Shown piece by piece: positions 11,903 to 21,230 of a stretch of 64,000 nucleotides of DNA. The notes beneath the pieces were generated by a model that was not told the DNA's origin, ran no database searches, and saw only the letters and a program-made list of their open reading frames with translations. A program made the position numbers and the translations under genes. Position 1 is the first letter of the stretch. Each line of letters begins with the position of its first letter. This DNA is from Trypanosoma brucei (taxonomy: Eukaryota): contig CH464491.1 of assembly GCA_000002445.1 (NCBI GenBank), positions 3,840,001 through 3,904,000 of the forward strand, read 5' to 3'.

Positions 11903-12618
11903 AAGTTGTACGTACAACGCACCATATTGAAAAGTATGGGAAATTCAAACATGGTGAGTAACACCTTCTCGTGTTGCGGGCAGCCATATTGCCGCGGAAC
12001 CGATCCCAACGGACATCAAGCGCACAATGGTTTCTGTGTCTCTGAAAAAGAGATGCATCACCCTTCACTGTATCATTGACTGTGGTCGAAGTCCTCTTCT
12101 GCGAAATACGGATCGTGAACGCAGTCCCATAACTGCAAGCGGGAAGAGAATACCCGCGCACACTAGCACCATCCCCATTATGTATCCTACAATTGAGAGC
12201 TCTAGAGTCGCCCCTGCCATGGCGGCAATCTGCGGTCCTCGTCAACTTCACGATGAGCCTGAGGGCGGAGGGAAGGGAATGTGCCAAATCTACGAACCAC
12301 AACTTTCAGCTACTTACAGGATAGAATGGAAAAAAAAGATAAGTGTCCGAGTGCTCGAAGAAGTTCACTAGTTAATACAGAATGCAAAAGAAGTCATCAC
12401 GAATTCTTTCCCCTTCCCACCTTTCTTCTTTCTTTCTTTGAGACATTTTTTAAAAGATCCCTCGGCATACATCGGCAGGTGTCATTTTCTGAAATCCAAA
12501 TTACACACTTAAACTGGGTTAATTGCTGATTACTCGTTATTGCACAGAAATAGTGATGAACCGACAGTGCGGAGAACCCAAAATAGTGGCGAAGACGCCA
12601 CTAATCGCCTCTCTTCAC

Positions 12619-13227
12619 TCATTGTTGCTGATTTCGTTGAATTTTGTTCAACAATGCCTCGACTCTGCCACTCATGACAGGTTGGCCCTTACGGGTTCTT
12701 TGCGCATACAAGGCGTTCTGCGCCATACGCTCCTTTATTCGCTTCACCTTCATTTCATCGCGTTCCCTTTTCGCCACCCTCGCTGCTTCGATTTCCTCCT
12801 GTCGCTTCTTTCGTATTTTTTCTACTTTTGTCAAGGCGTTGTGATGTTTTTCTTGTTTCTGCACGAGATCCATCACCGTCTGCCCGGCATAATTCCGCTT
12901 GAGGTTATACCTCCGCTTCCTCTTTTCGGCGTTCGTGAGGCTCTGATCATATTCAATATGATTTAGCTTCTCACCTAGTTTATTTGCCGCTTCCTCACGC
13001 ATTGCGTCGTACTCCTGCAAACGCTTGGATTGAATACCTTCCGCTTTACATAGCCGTCGGAACTCTTCCATCCGCTGCCTCTCTGCATCCTTCCGTTCGC
13101 GACCGCTGAGCAGCAGCTCGTTCCGCACTTTGCGCCTAAAAGCTGCCTGCCGCTCTGCCTTTAACATCGGTGGAGGACGTCGCTCCACACCAGCCCTAGC
13201 TTCGTCTCTACCCATTTTCTTGACCAT
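12619..13227 (-). CDS. basic K/R/E-rich coiled-coil protein (202 aa), possibly nucleolar or ribosome-biogenesis related
   Basis: ATG verified at 13227. Composition resembles small nucleolar rRNA-processing factors (KRKRRYNLKR, REEIEAARVAKRERDE). The functional assignment is a guess. Confidence 0.5.
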   Translation of the reverse strand: MVKKMGRDEARAGVERRPPPMLKAERQAAFRRKVRNELLLSGRERKDAERQRMEEFRRLCKAEGIQSKRLQEYDAMREEAANKLGEKLNHIEYDQSLTNAEKRKRRYNLKRNYAGQTVMDLVQKQEKHHNALTKVEKIRKKRQEEIEAARVAKRERDEMKVKRIKERMAQNALYAQRTRKGQPVMSGRVEALLNKIQRNQQQ

Positions 13228-13612
13228 AATTCTGGGGATTGGCTAAGGAAGAAATTTCATGCAAACCCAACAGCGGAGCGGTAAATAAACACATATATGA
13301 GGAAACGTATCGTGTTAAACACGAATATTCAAATTTGTGCATTTGATGTGCGATTTTTTTATTTTTGACACAAACAGTAGGAAACTCTGTTTTGACGAGC
13401 AATGACACCGAATATCTTAATAAAGTAAAACATATAACAGAGAGATAAAAGCGAATTCATTACCGAGCAATGTAGTGCACAAGTGCGTGACATCTAGAAG
13501 TGACTGAAATAACTAGCATCGTTGTTCATCGTAATGGTACACACGACGTGCTGAACGGAAGAAATACGATGGAGAGGATGACACAAATCAGCGCATGGAA
13601 AGAATCCTGCGC

Positions 13613-14743
13613 TCACGAAGACGCCGCTTTCCCAGGAGGCGTTCCACATTCCATGAGTTTTGCCTTCGCTGACCAAATAAGTTCCCGCAGCAGCGCTTCC
13701 GGTATATTTTCGCGACGGTACAATGCCCCTCCCGGGTATATTAGATAGTGATGCTCCGGCAGTAACTGCTTCACCGAACAAACAGGGCGTCCGTGAGGCT
13801 CGTACAACACACGTGGAGCTGGACGGCACTTGGTGGCTGCAGCAGCTCTCTCAATCACGTCCTCTACATAAAAAAAGTTTCCATATACAGCAATACGACT
13901 GGGCACACACGACCGTACCGAAAAACTTCCGAAACACGGCCACACATTGATCCAAAAGGTTTGGTCGGGTGACGTTCGGCATGGAGAGTAGGAGGGACCA
14001 CTGGGTGATATCATACGGTCCACACGTGTTTGCGCGGCACGACGGGGTCGGCGAGATTGACAATTGACGGCAGACACCTTTTTCCTATTGGATGGTTGTG
14101 TCGTTGGTGTTTTCTTGGAAAGACTTTGAGGGACGCAAAAAGTCCCCTTTTCAAAAAGGCACCGACTGCCCTTCTTGTGTACGTGTGGCCTCGTGCACGC
14201 CTCAATCACGTGCACGCACGGAATTGAGGCATAAACAGTTTGAAGCTTTCCGCTGCGCTTTCCAACATCGAAATGGGTTTCCTCTGGAATGTGACTCGCG
14301 TCCTCTTGTTGCTCACTAACTTCTCCCATAATAGAAGCATCCGACCCCCCGCTACCGTTACCCATAAATGTCTTCTTTGGTAACTCCGAAGATGGAGCAG
14401 CGTCGTCACGTCCTACGTTCTCAACCTCTCCGTGCGAATTATCTGACGCACTATCCTCAGAAATGCACATGTCATTCATCGACTCTCCATCCTCCATTGT
14501 GGACAACTCCACGTCCTCTGGCAAAATGGTTCCCCGATCACGCGGTGAATGTACTGAGGGTGAATCGATATTAGTCCCTAGAAATCCTTTCATTATTGTT
14601 TCTCTCGCTTTCCTAAGTTTATCCCAACCTTCCCGAACGACTTGCAAATCACTTTCAAGCACCCCCGACACCTCACGAATCATTTCACGTATCTGGTGTA
14701 TCTGAGGGTATACACCACTGGACGCATCAGGTGTCTCAATCAT
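13613..14743 (-). CDS. hypothetical protein (376 aa) with acidic/Ser-rich middle and C-terminal ubiquitin-like/doublecortin-like segment
   Basis: The track ORF starts at a GTG at 14851. The first in-frame ATG is 14743 (MIETPDASSG). The C-terminal sequence IAVYGNFFYVEDVIER...RVLYEPHGRPVCSVKQLLPEHHYLIYPGG resembles a DCX/ubiquitin-like fold. Confidence 0.5.
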   Translation of the reverse strand: MIETPDASSGVYPQIHQIREMIREVSGVLESDLQVVREGWDKLRKARETIMKGFLGTNIDSPSVHSPRDRGTILPEDVELSTMEDGESMNDMCISEDSASDNSHGEVENVGRDDAAPSSELPKKTFMGNGSGGSDASIMGEVSEQQEDASHIPEETHFDVGKRSGKLQTVYASIPCVHVIEACTRPHVHKKGSRCLFEKGTFCVPQSLSKKTPTTQPSNRKKVSAVNCQSRRPRRAAQTRVDRMISPSGPSYSPCRTSPDQTFWINVWPCFGSFSVRSCVPSRIAVYGNFFYVEDVIERAAAATKCRPAPRVLYEPHGRPVCSVKQLLPEHHYLIYPGGALYRRENIPEALLRELIWSAKAKLMECGTPPGKAASS

Positions 14744-15569
14744 GTCTAAATGCTTAGGTACAGCAGCATGAATTTGACGAGACAGCGGTGAAAAAAAAAA
14801 AAGAAAAGAATAGAAAGGGAGGAATAGAATGAAAGGAGTGAGGCGCAACACAACAACGGCAACATCATCAAAAAAGCGTCACATCCGCAGTTTAAGTGGG
14901 ATGTTTATTTTAAGGTGCGCATGTGCCCACTTACACACCCAGGTAGATTATCAACCATAATGGTAACTACAGTTAGGGTAACACTGCCGCACAGAAACGG
15001 CCAGATACCCTTGACATGCACTACCACATACGCACACACACAAATACAAGTTCCTCCGTCGTCCCCCATTAACTACTTACTTCTAATCATCATATTCCCA
15101 CAAACGTAAACCGCTCGCAAAAATTTCACCAGTAACTCAACAACCTGCGACGACCATGCGTGACATCTCAGGAAGCGAGAAAATCATACAGCATAATATG
15201 AACCACCTGCACCACCATGCGCACGAACGTAATAAATAAAAGGATACTGCTGCTTCCCTCACACCCCCTCTTCCAAACGTTCCGGTGTTTGCTCTTCCCG
15301 TTATGTTGTCATTCTCATCAGGTGTTTTTCTTCTGTTTGTTTACAAGAAAAAAAAAGACGTAGCAACAACAACAGTCCAAACAATAATAACGACGAGAGT
15401 TGCAACCACAATATATTTTTGAGAATTATCGGCTCGTGGCTTCCTGCTGGAACGCCAGCGACGGAACAACAATTAAATGAATTGGCAACCAACTCTGTGA
15501 GCAGATAAAAGTAAAAGAATGAAAACAAACAAGCAACACCTTAAGAACATGAAATAAAATTCACCAGCT

Positions 15570-17603
15570 CTAGCTGGTATCAGTGACTATTGGACGAGGA
15601 CCGAGGATCTGCTCAATGTCGGCTTTCGTTAGCTCCTTCTTTTCCAGTAAAAGTTTCGTAAGCTTTTCATGAAGCTCACGTTTCTCCAAGAGAACCTTCT
15701 CTGTATGTTTATAAGCCGAAGCGACGAGATGCCGCGCTTCCTCTTCCACTTTCGCATGTAGTTCTTCTGAAAAGTTCATCCAACCGCGGCCCTCATTTCT
15801 TTCGTTCGCTTTGAAGGCAAGCTGACCAATGGACTTAGACATTCCATAAAGAAGAAGCTTCTCCATGGCAATACGCGTCGCACGTTGGAGATCATCCATA
15901 GCACCTGTTGATATGTCCTTCATGAAAATACGCTCGGCCACACGACCGCCCATCAGCACACAAAGTTGAGAAAACAAAAAGGCATCTGTGCGAGGCTCCA
16001 TCGCTTCGTCCTGCATTTGTTGCGTGTATCCACCAGCTCTACCTCGAGGAATGATTGATATCTTTAAAACATCCTTCTGTAGTGGTGATGTCCACGCCAT
16101 AATCGCATGGCCAACTTCGTGGTAGGCGGTCCGTTCCAATGAGCTGTCACTCATACGCTGCCGGTGTTTTTTTCCGATGAGGACATCGTCGATGCTTTCC
16201 TGAAGGGTTTTCAACGGGACCACCTCACATTCCGCAACTGCAGAGGTGAGTGCAGCCTCGTTAACAATTGTAGCGATTTGAGCTGGCGATACACCGGGAG
16301 TGCGATCCGCAAGAGCTATGGCGTATTCTTTATTGCTCACCCCGGGAATCACTTTGACTTCGGGTGCCTCCTCCTCCGCGGTAAGCGAAGCTACTTTCTC
16401 TTTTCCATCGTTTGCCTTTGGGGAAGCTGCGGATTCTGTTTTAATGTTGTCCCCGTCTTCGCTTTCCTTACGAGTTCGGAAGCGCTGTATCTTTGGTTTA
16501 CACTCCGCGTCACCAGTTATGATGCGCTTCAAGTAGTATTCAAATAACTCAACTCGCGCCGATCTGTCAGGCATTGGGACATTCACCTTGCGATCAAAGC
16601 GACCCTCGCGTAGAAGAGCCTTGTCAATGACTTCGGGGTAGTTTGTCGCCGCAATAACTACAATTGCCTCCTTACTCGTCAAACCGTCCAACTCTGCAAG
16701 AAGTTGGTTAATAGTACGGTTTTCTTCACTACCTCCACCTCCCATACTCCGACCACTTTGGTTACGAGAGCCAATGGCGTCAATTTCGTCAATGAAAACA
16801 ATGCAGGGTGCAGCCTCTCGTGCTTGTGCAAAAAGTTCACGAACGCGCTTTGGTCCGCTTCCACCAAAAATTTCGATAAAGTCAGCCCCTGAGCAACTGA
16901 GAAAGGGCGCATTCGCCTCACCAGCAACGGCTCGGGCGAGTAATGTTTTTCCCGTACCGGGGCTTCCCGTTAGCAGGCACCCCTTTGGAAGCCGAGCGCC
17001 AAGCCTTGTAAATTTTTTTGGGTCCTTGATGAAGTCAACATATTGCTTCAAATCCTCTTTCGCCTCAGGAATGCCGATAATATCTGCGAAGGTGGTACCC
17101 TTCACATCAACACGAAAATTCTTTGGTTTCATGGGGTTCATCATTTCCATCAAATTCCCCATTCCAGGTTTCTTCCCTGCCCCACCAGCTGCGCCTTGGG
17201 CCATAGCCTGCGTGTATTTCCGTCGCACATACCACAATGGACCAACGAATATGGCAATATTAACAATCAGCGGTGCCACCCAACTGACTATATTACCGAC
17301 GACAGGTCCCGATGGTTTCACTACGCCGTCGTAAAATCCCTTGTAGTAATCACTGTCCTGCTGGGGAGAAATAAAAGGTGGTGGCTGGAGCGGAGCCCCT
17401 GGTGGATAATACGAATTATTTGGTTGGTTGTACGTTTGGCCACCATGCGGTTGGGTAAATGAGGTTTGAGGTGGTACATAATGTGCTGGTTGAGGAATTT
17501 GATGCTGTTGGGGCGAAAACCCCTGCGGCTGCGCGAAATGCTGCTGATGCATTTGTTCAAACAGCGACTGCCCACTGGGCGCACCACGCGGTTCTCCCTG
17601 CAT
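15570..17603 (-). CDS. ATP-dependent zinc metalloprotease FtsH family (i-AAA/YME1-like, single TM), 677 aa
   Basis: Walker A (GSPGTGKTLLARAVAGE), Walker B (IVFIDEIDA), the second region of homology and the HEVGH zinc site are all present. There is one predicted TM helix (IVSWVAPLIVNIAIFVGPLWYV) after a Q/P-rich 100-aa N-terminus. ATG verified at 17603. Confidence 0.9.
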   Translation of the reverse strand: MQGEPRGAPSGQSLFEQMHQQHFAQPQGFSPQQHQIPQPAHYVPPQTSFTQPHGGQTYNQPNNSYYPPGAPLQPPPFISPQQDSDYYKGFYDGVVKPSGPVVGNIVSWVAPLIVNIAIFVGPLWYVRRKYTQAMAQGAAGGAGKKPGMGNLMEMMNPMKPKNFRVDVKGTTFADIIGIPEAKEDLKQYVDFIKDPKKFTRLGARLPKGCLLTGSPGTGKTLLARAVAGEANAPFLSCSGADFIEIFGGSGPKRVRELFAQAREAAPCIVFIDEIDAIGSRNQSGRSMGGGGSEENRTINQLLAELDGLTSKEAIVVIAATNYPEVIDKALLREGRFDRKVNVPMPDRSARVELFEYYLKRIITGDAECKPKIQRFRTRKESEDGDNIKTESAASPKANDGKEKVASLTAEEEAPEVKVIPGVSNKEYAIALADRTPGVSPAQIATIVNEAALTSAVAECEVVPLKTLQESIDDVLIGKKHRQRMSDSSLERTAYHEVGHAIMAWTSPLQKDVLKISIIPRGRAGGYTQQMQDEAMEPRTDAFLFSQLCVLMGGRVAERIFMKDISTGAMDDLQRATRIAMEKLLLYGMSKSIGQLAFKANERNEGRGWMNFSEELHAKVEEEARHLVASAYKHTEKVLLEKRELHEKLTKLLLEKKELTKADIEQILGPRPIVTDTS

Positions 17604-17641
17604 TTACTTTCTTCTGTGAATAACGAACAAACCAAGAAGTA

Positions 17642-17710
17642 CTGTAAAAGACAGGAAACACAAATTAAAAAACAAAACAGGAAGAAACAAATAGTTATAA
17701 AAGAAACCAG
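17642..17710 (-). promoter_or_regulatory. polypyrimidine tract plus candidate trans-splice acceptor AG for the FtsH gene
   Basis: The minus strand reads TTTCTTTTATAACTATTTGTTTCTTCCTGTTTTGTTTTTTAATTTGTGTTTCCTGTCTTTTACAG, followed about 35 nt later by the ATG. This is the typical trypanosomatid SL-addition signal. Confidence 0.4.
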
Positions 17711-18427
17711 GGGCACTGTTAAAATTACTAACGACCATTTGCTATCGAACAGTAACGAAACTTACCACCTACCCCTTAGGATCCAATTTAAATAAACGCT
17801 TCTCTCTGTCGGCTGGACAGAGTCATGAAAAAACAATATATATATATATTTTCCATCTCCAACTGACACAATTAATGTCTGGATCCTGTCGCTAATTCAA
17901 ACTGTGAAACCAATTTTATGGTATAATAGTACACGGCGAATATTAGCGGCATTCTTCCGTCTTCTGAGGCTCTAATTTACCATTGTACCTAACCTCCATG
18001 CTAGTTTTGAAAACATAAAAAAAAAGAGCATGTCACAAACCGAGTTGACACGCGTAAAAAATGTGCAAAAATGTGCCTTTAGATATGAAAGAAGAACAAA
18101 AAGAGAGTAAGAGAAAGATATGCAAGGGCGTTTTTTTAAAGCAAAGAACAAAAATAGCTCAGTTTTACTGGGACAATGAAACACACAAACGCTAATAGGG
18201 GTAAAAATTGGGGCGAAAAACGAAAGGAACCAATAAAGTATATATTTAGTCATGAAAGTTTTTTCTTAAAGGAAAAGAAGAAAGAAAGGAAGGGGTTCAC
18301 GTGAAGTAAAACACATTCAGTATATAAGAATCCTTCACATCTTCCTATAGCGCACAAAAAGTAAAGTACTTCGGAAGAAAAGAGAAAAAAGATGAAAGAA
18401 AAGTTTCCAGTATGAAGAAGGTCCTTC

Positions 18428-19930
18428 TCAGCTAATAACCTCAACAGAAGAACATGATGACGTCCCCCCGTCTTCGACGACAATAATTGGGTCATTATCG
18501 CTCTCAATCGGATCGCTTTGACTTACAGATAATACGGCGCCCTCAGGCTGTGAACAGAGAGGTGTGGTTAATTGCCTGATATCTGGTGGGGACGCTAATG
18601 GATTGAGCCTGGAGAATAACTTCCTTTCACAGAACCTTAACCTCCTTAAACAAATGCCGCATCCTTGACTGCTATCACAGCATGCCGGTTCACCTGGAGT
18701 ATATACGCGGCACGTTACTCGATAATCACTAAAATCAACTGGTTTTAATAACGCCAGAGCCTCCCCTCCTCCGGCCGCTGCCCCATTGGGAGCACCACCG
18801 CACCACCGACTTGCAAGCGAGTTTCTACAGCGGCTGATGCTACCGGTGCTATCTGCAGTGGCACAACACCACATCATCGCCTCTTCACCGTATTCAACAC
18901 CTTCCGACTTAATGAGTCCATGGTTATTGTCGAAAAGAAATCGTGTCACTGGGCTCGATAGCATCCGCAGGATCTCCTCTTGCTCACGGCTACGCCGGGG
19001 GTCCATGTAAGGGTTCACAAACTTTGCAAAAAAGGGGAAACGTCGATTGTCGCAAATTGGTTTGGAGTTAGATATATCATACGGAAAAATCAGTGGCTCC
19101 ACGTTAATCCTTGAATAGTCGAACTCGCCAAACTTAAAGTCTTTTGTAAGTGACTTTGGTGGACCATCGCGGATCCACTCCACTACTTGGAGAAGTTTCG
19201 GGTGTGCCCATCTCCAAAACTCGTCACTGCGGTAAACTCGCCATGCAACAACTTGGCAAACTGGTTTATCCAGATAGACAAAGAAGTCGCATACATCCAC
19301 ATCGGCAATCGCCATCTGACCTTGCATTTGACAAAGGTACTGTTGAGGTATTCCAAAGGGGTGACATAAGCGTTTGGTGCTGTCGTATAATGCGTAATAG
19401 GGGGATTTGATTTCCAACAATCTTGCCAAGCGTTTCGATGTGGAAGCCGTGGGTGAATCGGGAGACGGTGTGGTGGCTAAAGAATCATCCCTTACACTCT
19501 TTGACCTGAACGGAATTCGGATAGATATTGGATTCTCTTGATGTTTCCCATTCTTTACACCCATCAACTTGGTTTCATTTCCCTTTCGCGATGGCGACAT
19601 TAACTGCGAAGATACCGGTGGCGCGTCCTCAAAGACACGTCCATCAGGAGAGCAACCAAGAAGCCTTCCTTCCAAAAGATAGAAGCCACCGTCACTAACA
19701 GCTGTAGAGGTTAATAATTCATACAGCGCACGCGACTTTGGCTCAGTGTTTATACCGTGATCAGTAATTGCGTTGCCTGTAAATTCCAACTCCGTGCCAA
19801 CGATATTTCGGACATAATCCACAAAGTGAACAATGTGTCCGCTAAGCCCGAGAGCCATGCCAAATTGCGATGCGGTGAGCCCAAAAGGCACCTCTTTTTT
19901 CCATTCTAGTTTCTTCCTGGGTTGGGCCAT
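18428..19930 (-). CDS. YqaJ/lambda-exonuclease-like PD-(D/E)XK nuclease domain protein with C-terminal Cys-rich region (500 aa)
   Basis: Motifs appear in canonical order: LTASQFGMALGLSG (motif I), GCSPDGRVF (catalytic D), LLEIKSP (E-x-K) and YLCQMQGQM (Q-rich motif). A low-complexity insertion of about 85 aa lies between the D and ExK motifs. The C-terminus has a CC...C...C...CC...C-x-C-x2-C cluster. The track ORF begins at a GTG at 19969. The first ATG is 19930 (MAQPRKK). Confidence 0.7.
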   Translation of the reverse strand: MAQPRKKLEWKKEVPFGLTASQFGMALGLSGHIVHFVDYVRNIVGTELEFTGNAITDHGINTEPKSRALYELLTSTAVSDGGFYLLEGRLLGCSPDGRVFEDAPPVSSQLMSPSRKGNETKLMGVKNGKHQENPISIRIPFRSKSVRDDSLATTPSPDSPTASTSKRLARLLEIKSPYYALYDSTKRLCHPFGIPQQYLCQMQGQMAIADVDVCDFFVYLDKPVCQVVAWRVYRSDEFWRWAHPKLLQVVEWIRDGPPKSLTKDFKFGEFDYSRINVEPLIFPYDISNSKPICDNRRFPFFAKFVNPYMDPRRSREQEEILRMLSSPVTRFLFDNNHGLIKSEGVEYGEEAMMWCCATADSTGSISRCRNSLASRWCGGAPNGAAAGGGEALALLKPVDFSDYRVTCRVYTPGEPACCDSSQGCGICLRRLRFCERKLFSRLNPLASPPDIRQLTTPLCSQPEGAVLSVSQSDPIESDNDPIIVVEDGGTSSCSSVEVIS

Positions 19931-20211
19931 TTGGTGTTCAGCTAACGCCGCCACTGGCACGTGTATCACAAAAAAGAAAAGAAAAGAAGATGCTGTTCAT
20001 TCAACAAACAACACCTTTGGCACCGAGCCTTAGGATAATACTGACCAATCACCATCAGAAAGGAAACTAATCACAACTGTAAGACGTGTTTACTAATAAA
20101 AGAGATTAATGGCCAAACGATAATCAGTAGACTGTTTTCCTCTTCAACTACTTCCGAACGCCTCCACGACTAATCGTTGTAAAACCGTAATTAAAGACTA
20201 GACACGCCACA

Positions 20212-20237
<26 letters not shown>
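20212..20237. repeat. (AT)13 microsatellite
   Basis: Direct read. Confidence 0.95.
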
Positions 20238-20242
<5 letters not shown>

Positions 20243-21208
20243 TACGAATAAGTAGTATAAATATATATTGTGTGGAATATGTGTAACATTTTCCCCTAAA
20301 CGGTTGCACGGTATCGTTGGCGCGTCATCAAAATGAAATATTCCGCTCTGGCAGTACACGGCATTGCCTTTTTTTGTTATGTTTCCACAGATACAAACAT
20401 GAGCATGTGTCGTCATTAATTCCTCCTCAACTAAACTATGGAGTAACACATTGTTTTGAACATAATAACAGTAGGAGGAGGAAGTAGGAGGAGAACCAAA
20501 ACTACGGATGCAAATATATATATATATAATAAAAGATGTATGAGAAAATAAACACTAAAAGAATAATTTTTTTTTAAAAAAAAGAAGAAAAGGAAGAGGA
20601 AAAAAGACATAATGAGAGGATGGGCTCCGAATTGGAGTGGCATATTGAGATAGATGATGAAAAACATGAGGACAACAGCCTCTACAAGGATTGGAAAAGG
20701 AAACAAAAAAGAAAAAAAGAAACAACAACAACAACAGCGACGCCAAAAGGGGGAAAAAAAAATGATATAGTAACGGAGAGAAGGGAATGGAAAGTGAACC
20801 ATTCCATAAGGTAGTGCAAAGTCGTTGTGAAAAAATACAAAAGGTTAAGAGGGAGGGGAGAAGAAAAAAAAGAGAGAGAAAACAACAACAACTACCGACC
20901 TTCACCCGTGCCGTCTGAAGTACAAGATTAAACCAATCAAAAAGAAAAAAAGAGGGATTGTCGGGTCTCCACAAAGTGGAAAAGACAAACTTTTATTCTC
21001 CTGCGTATATTTATTTTTTTTTCGGAATATTTTCAGTATTCGTCTTTTTTTTTTTCGTTTACCCCCAAAAAATTTTTTTCCTTTTATTCTTTTCTTTACC
21101 TGCTTCATTCCTATCCTCCTAATTTGATCAAAAGATGTCCCTTTAGATCACCTTTTTTTTGTTTTCTTTTGCATATGTATGTAAATAAATATATTTAAAT
21201 AAATATAA

Positions 21209-21230
21209 ATATATATATATATATATATAT
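21209..21230. repeat. (AT)11 microsatellite embedded in AT-rich AAATA-repeat context
   Basis: Direct read. Confidence 0.9.

Noticed and set aside
11838-12302. 154-aa minus-strand ORF
   Set aside because: It spans the (AT)20 microsatellite (IYIYIYIY...), has no ATG context and has no homology; it is intergenic.
16774-17334. 186-aa plus-strand ORF
   Set aside because: It lies antisense within the FtsH coding region; it is a shadow ORF of a GC-rich gene. The polycistron is minus-stranded.
20198-21108. Several 60-140-aa ORFs on the minus strand in the 3.2-kb spacer
   Set aside because: They are translations of homopolymeric/low-complexity DNA (poly-F, poly-L, poly-K) and overlap one another in different frames; not credible as genes.
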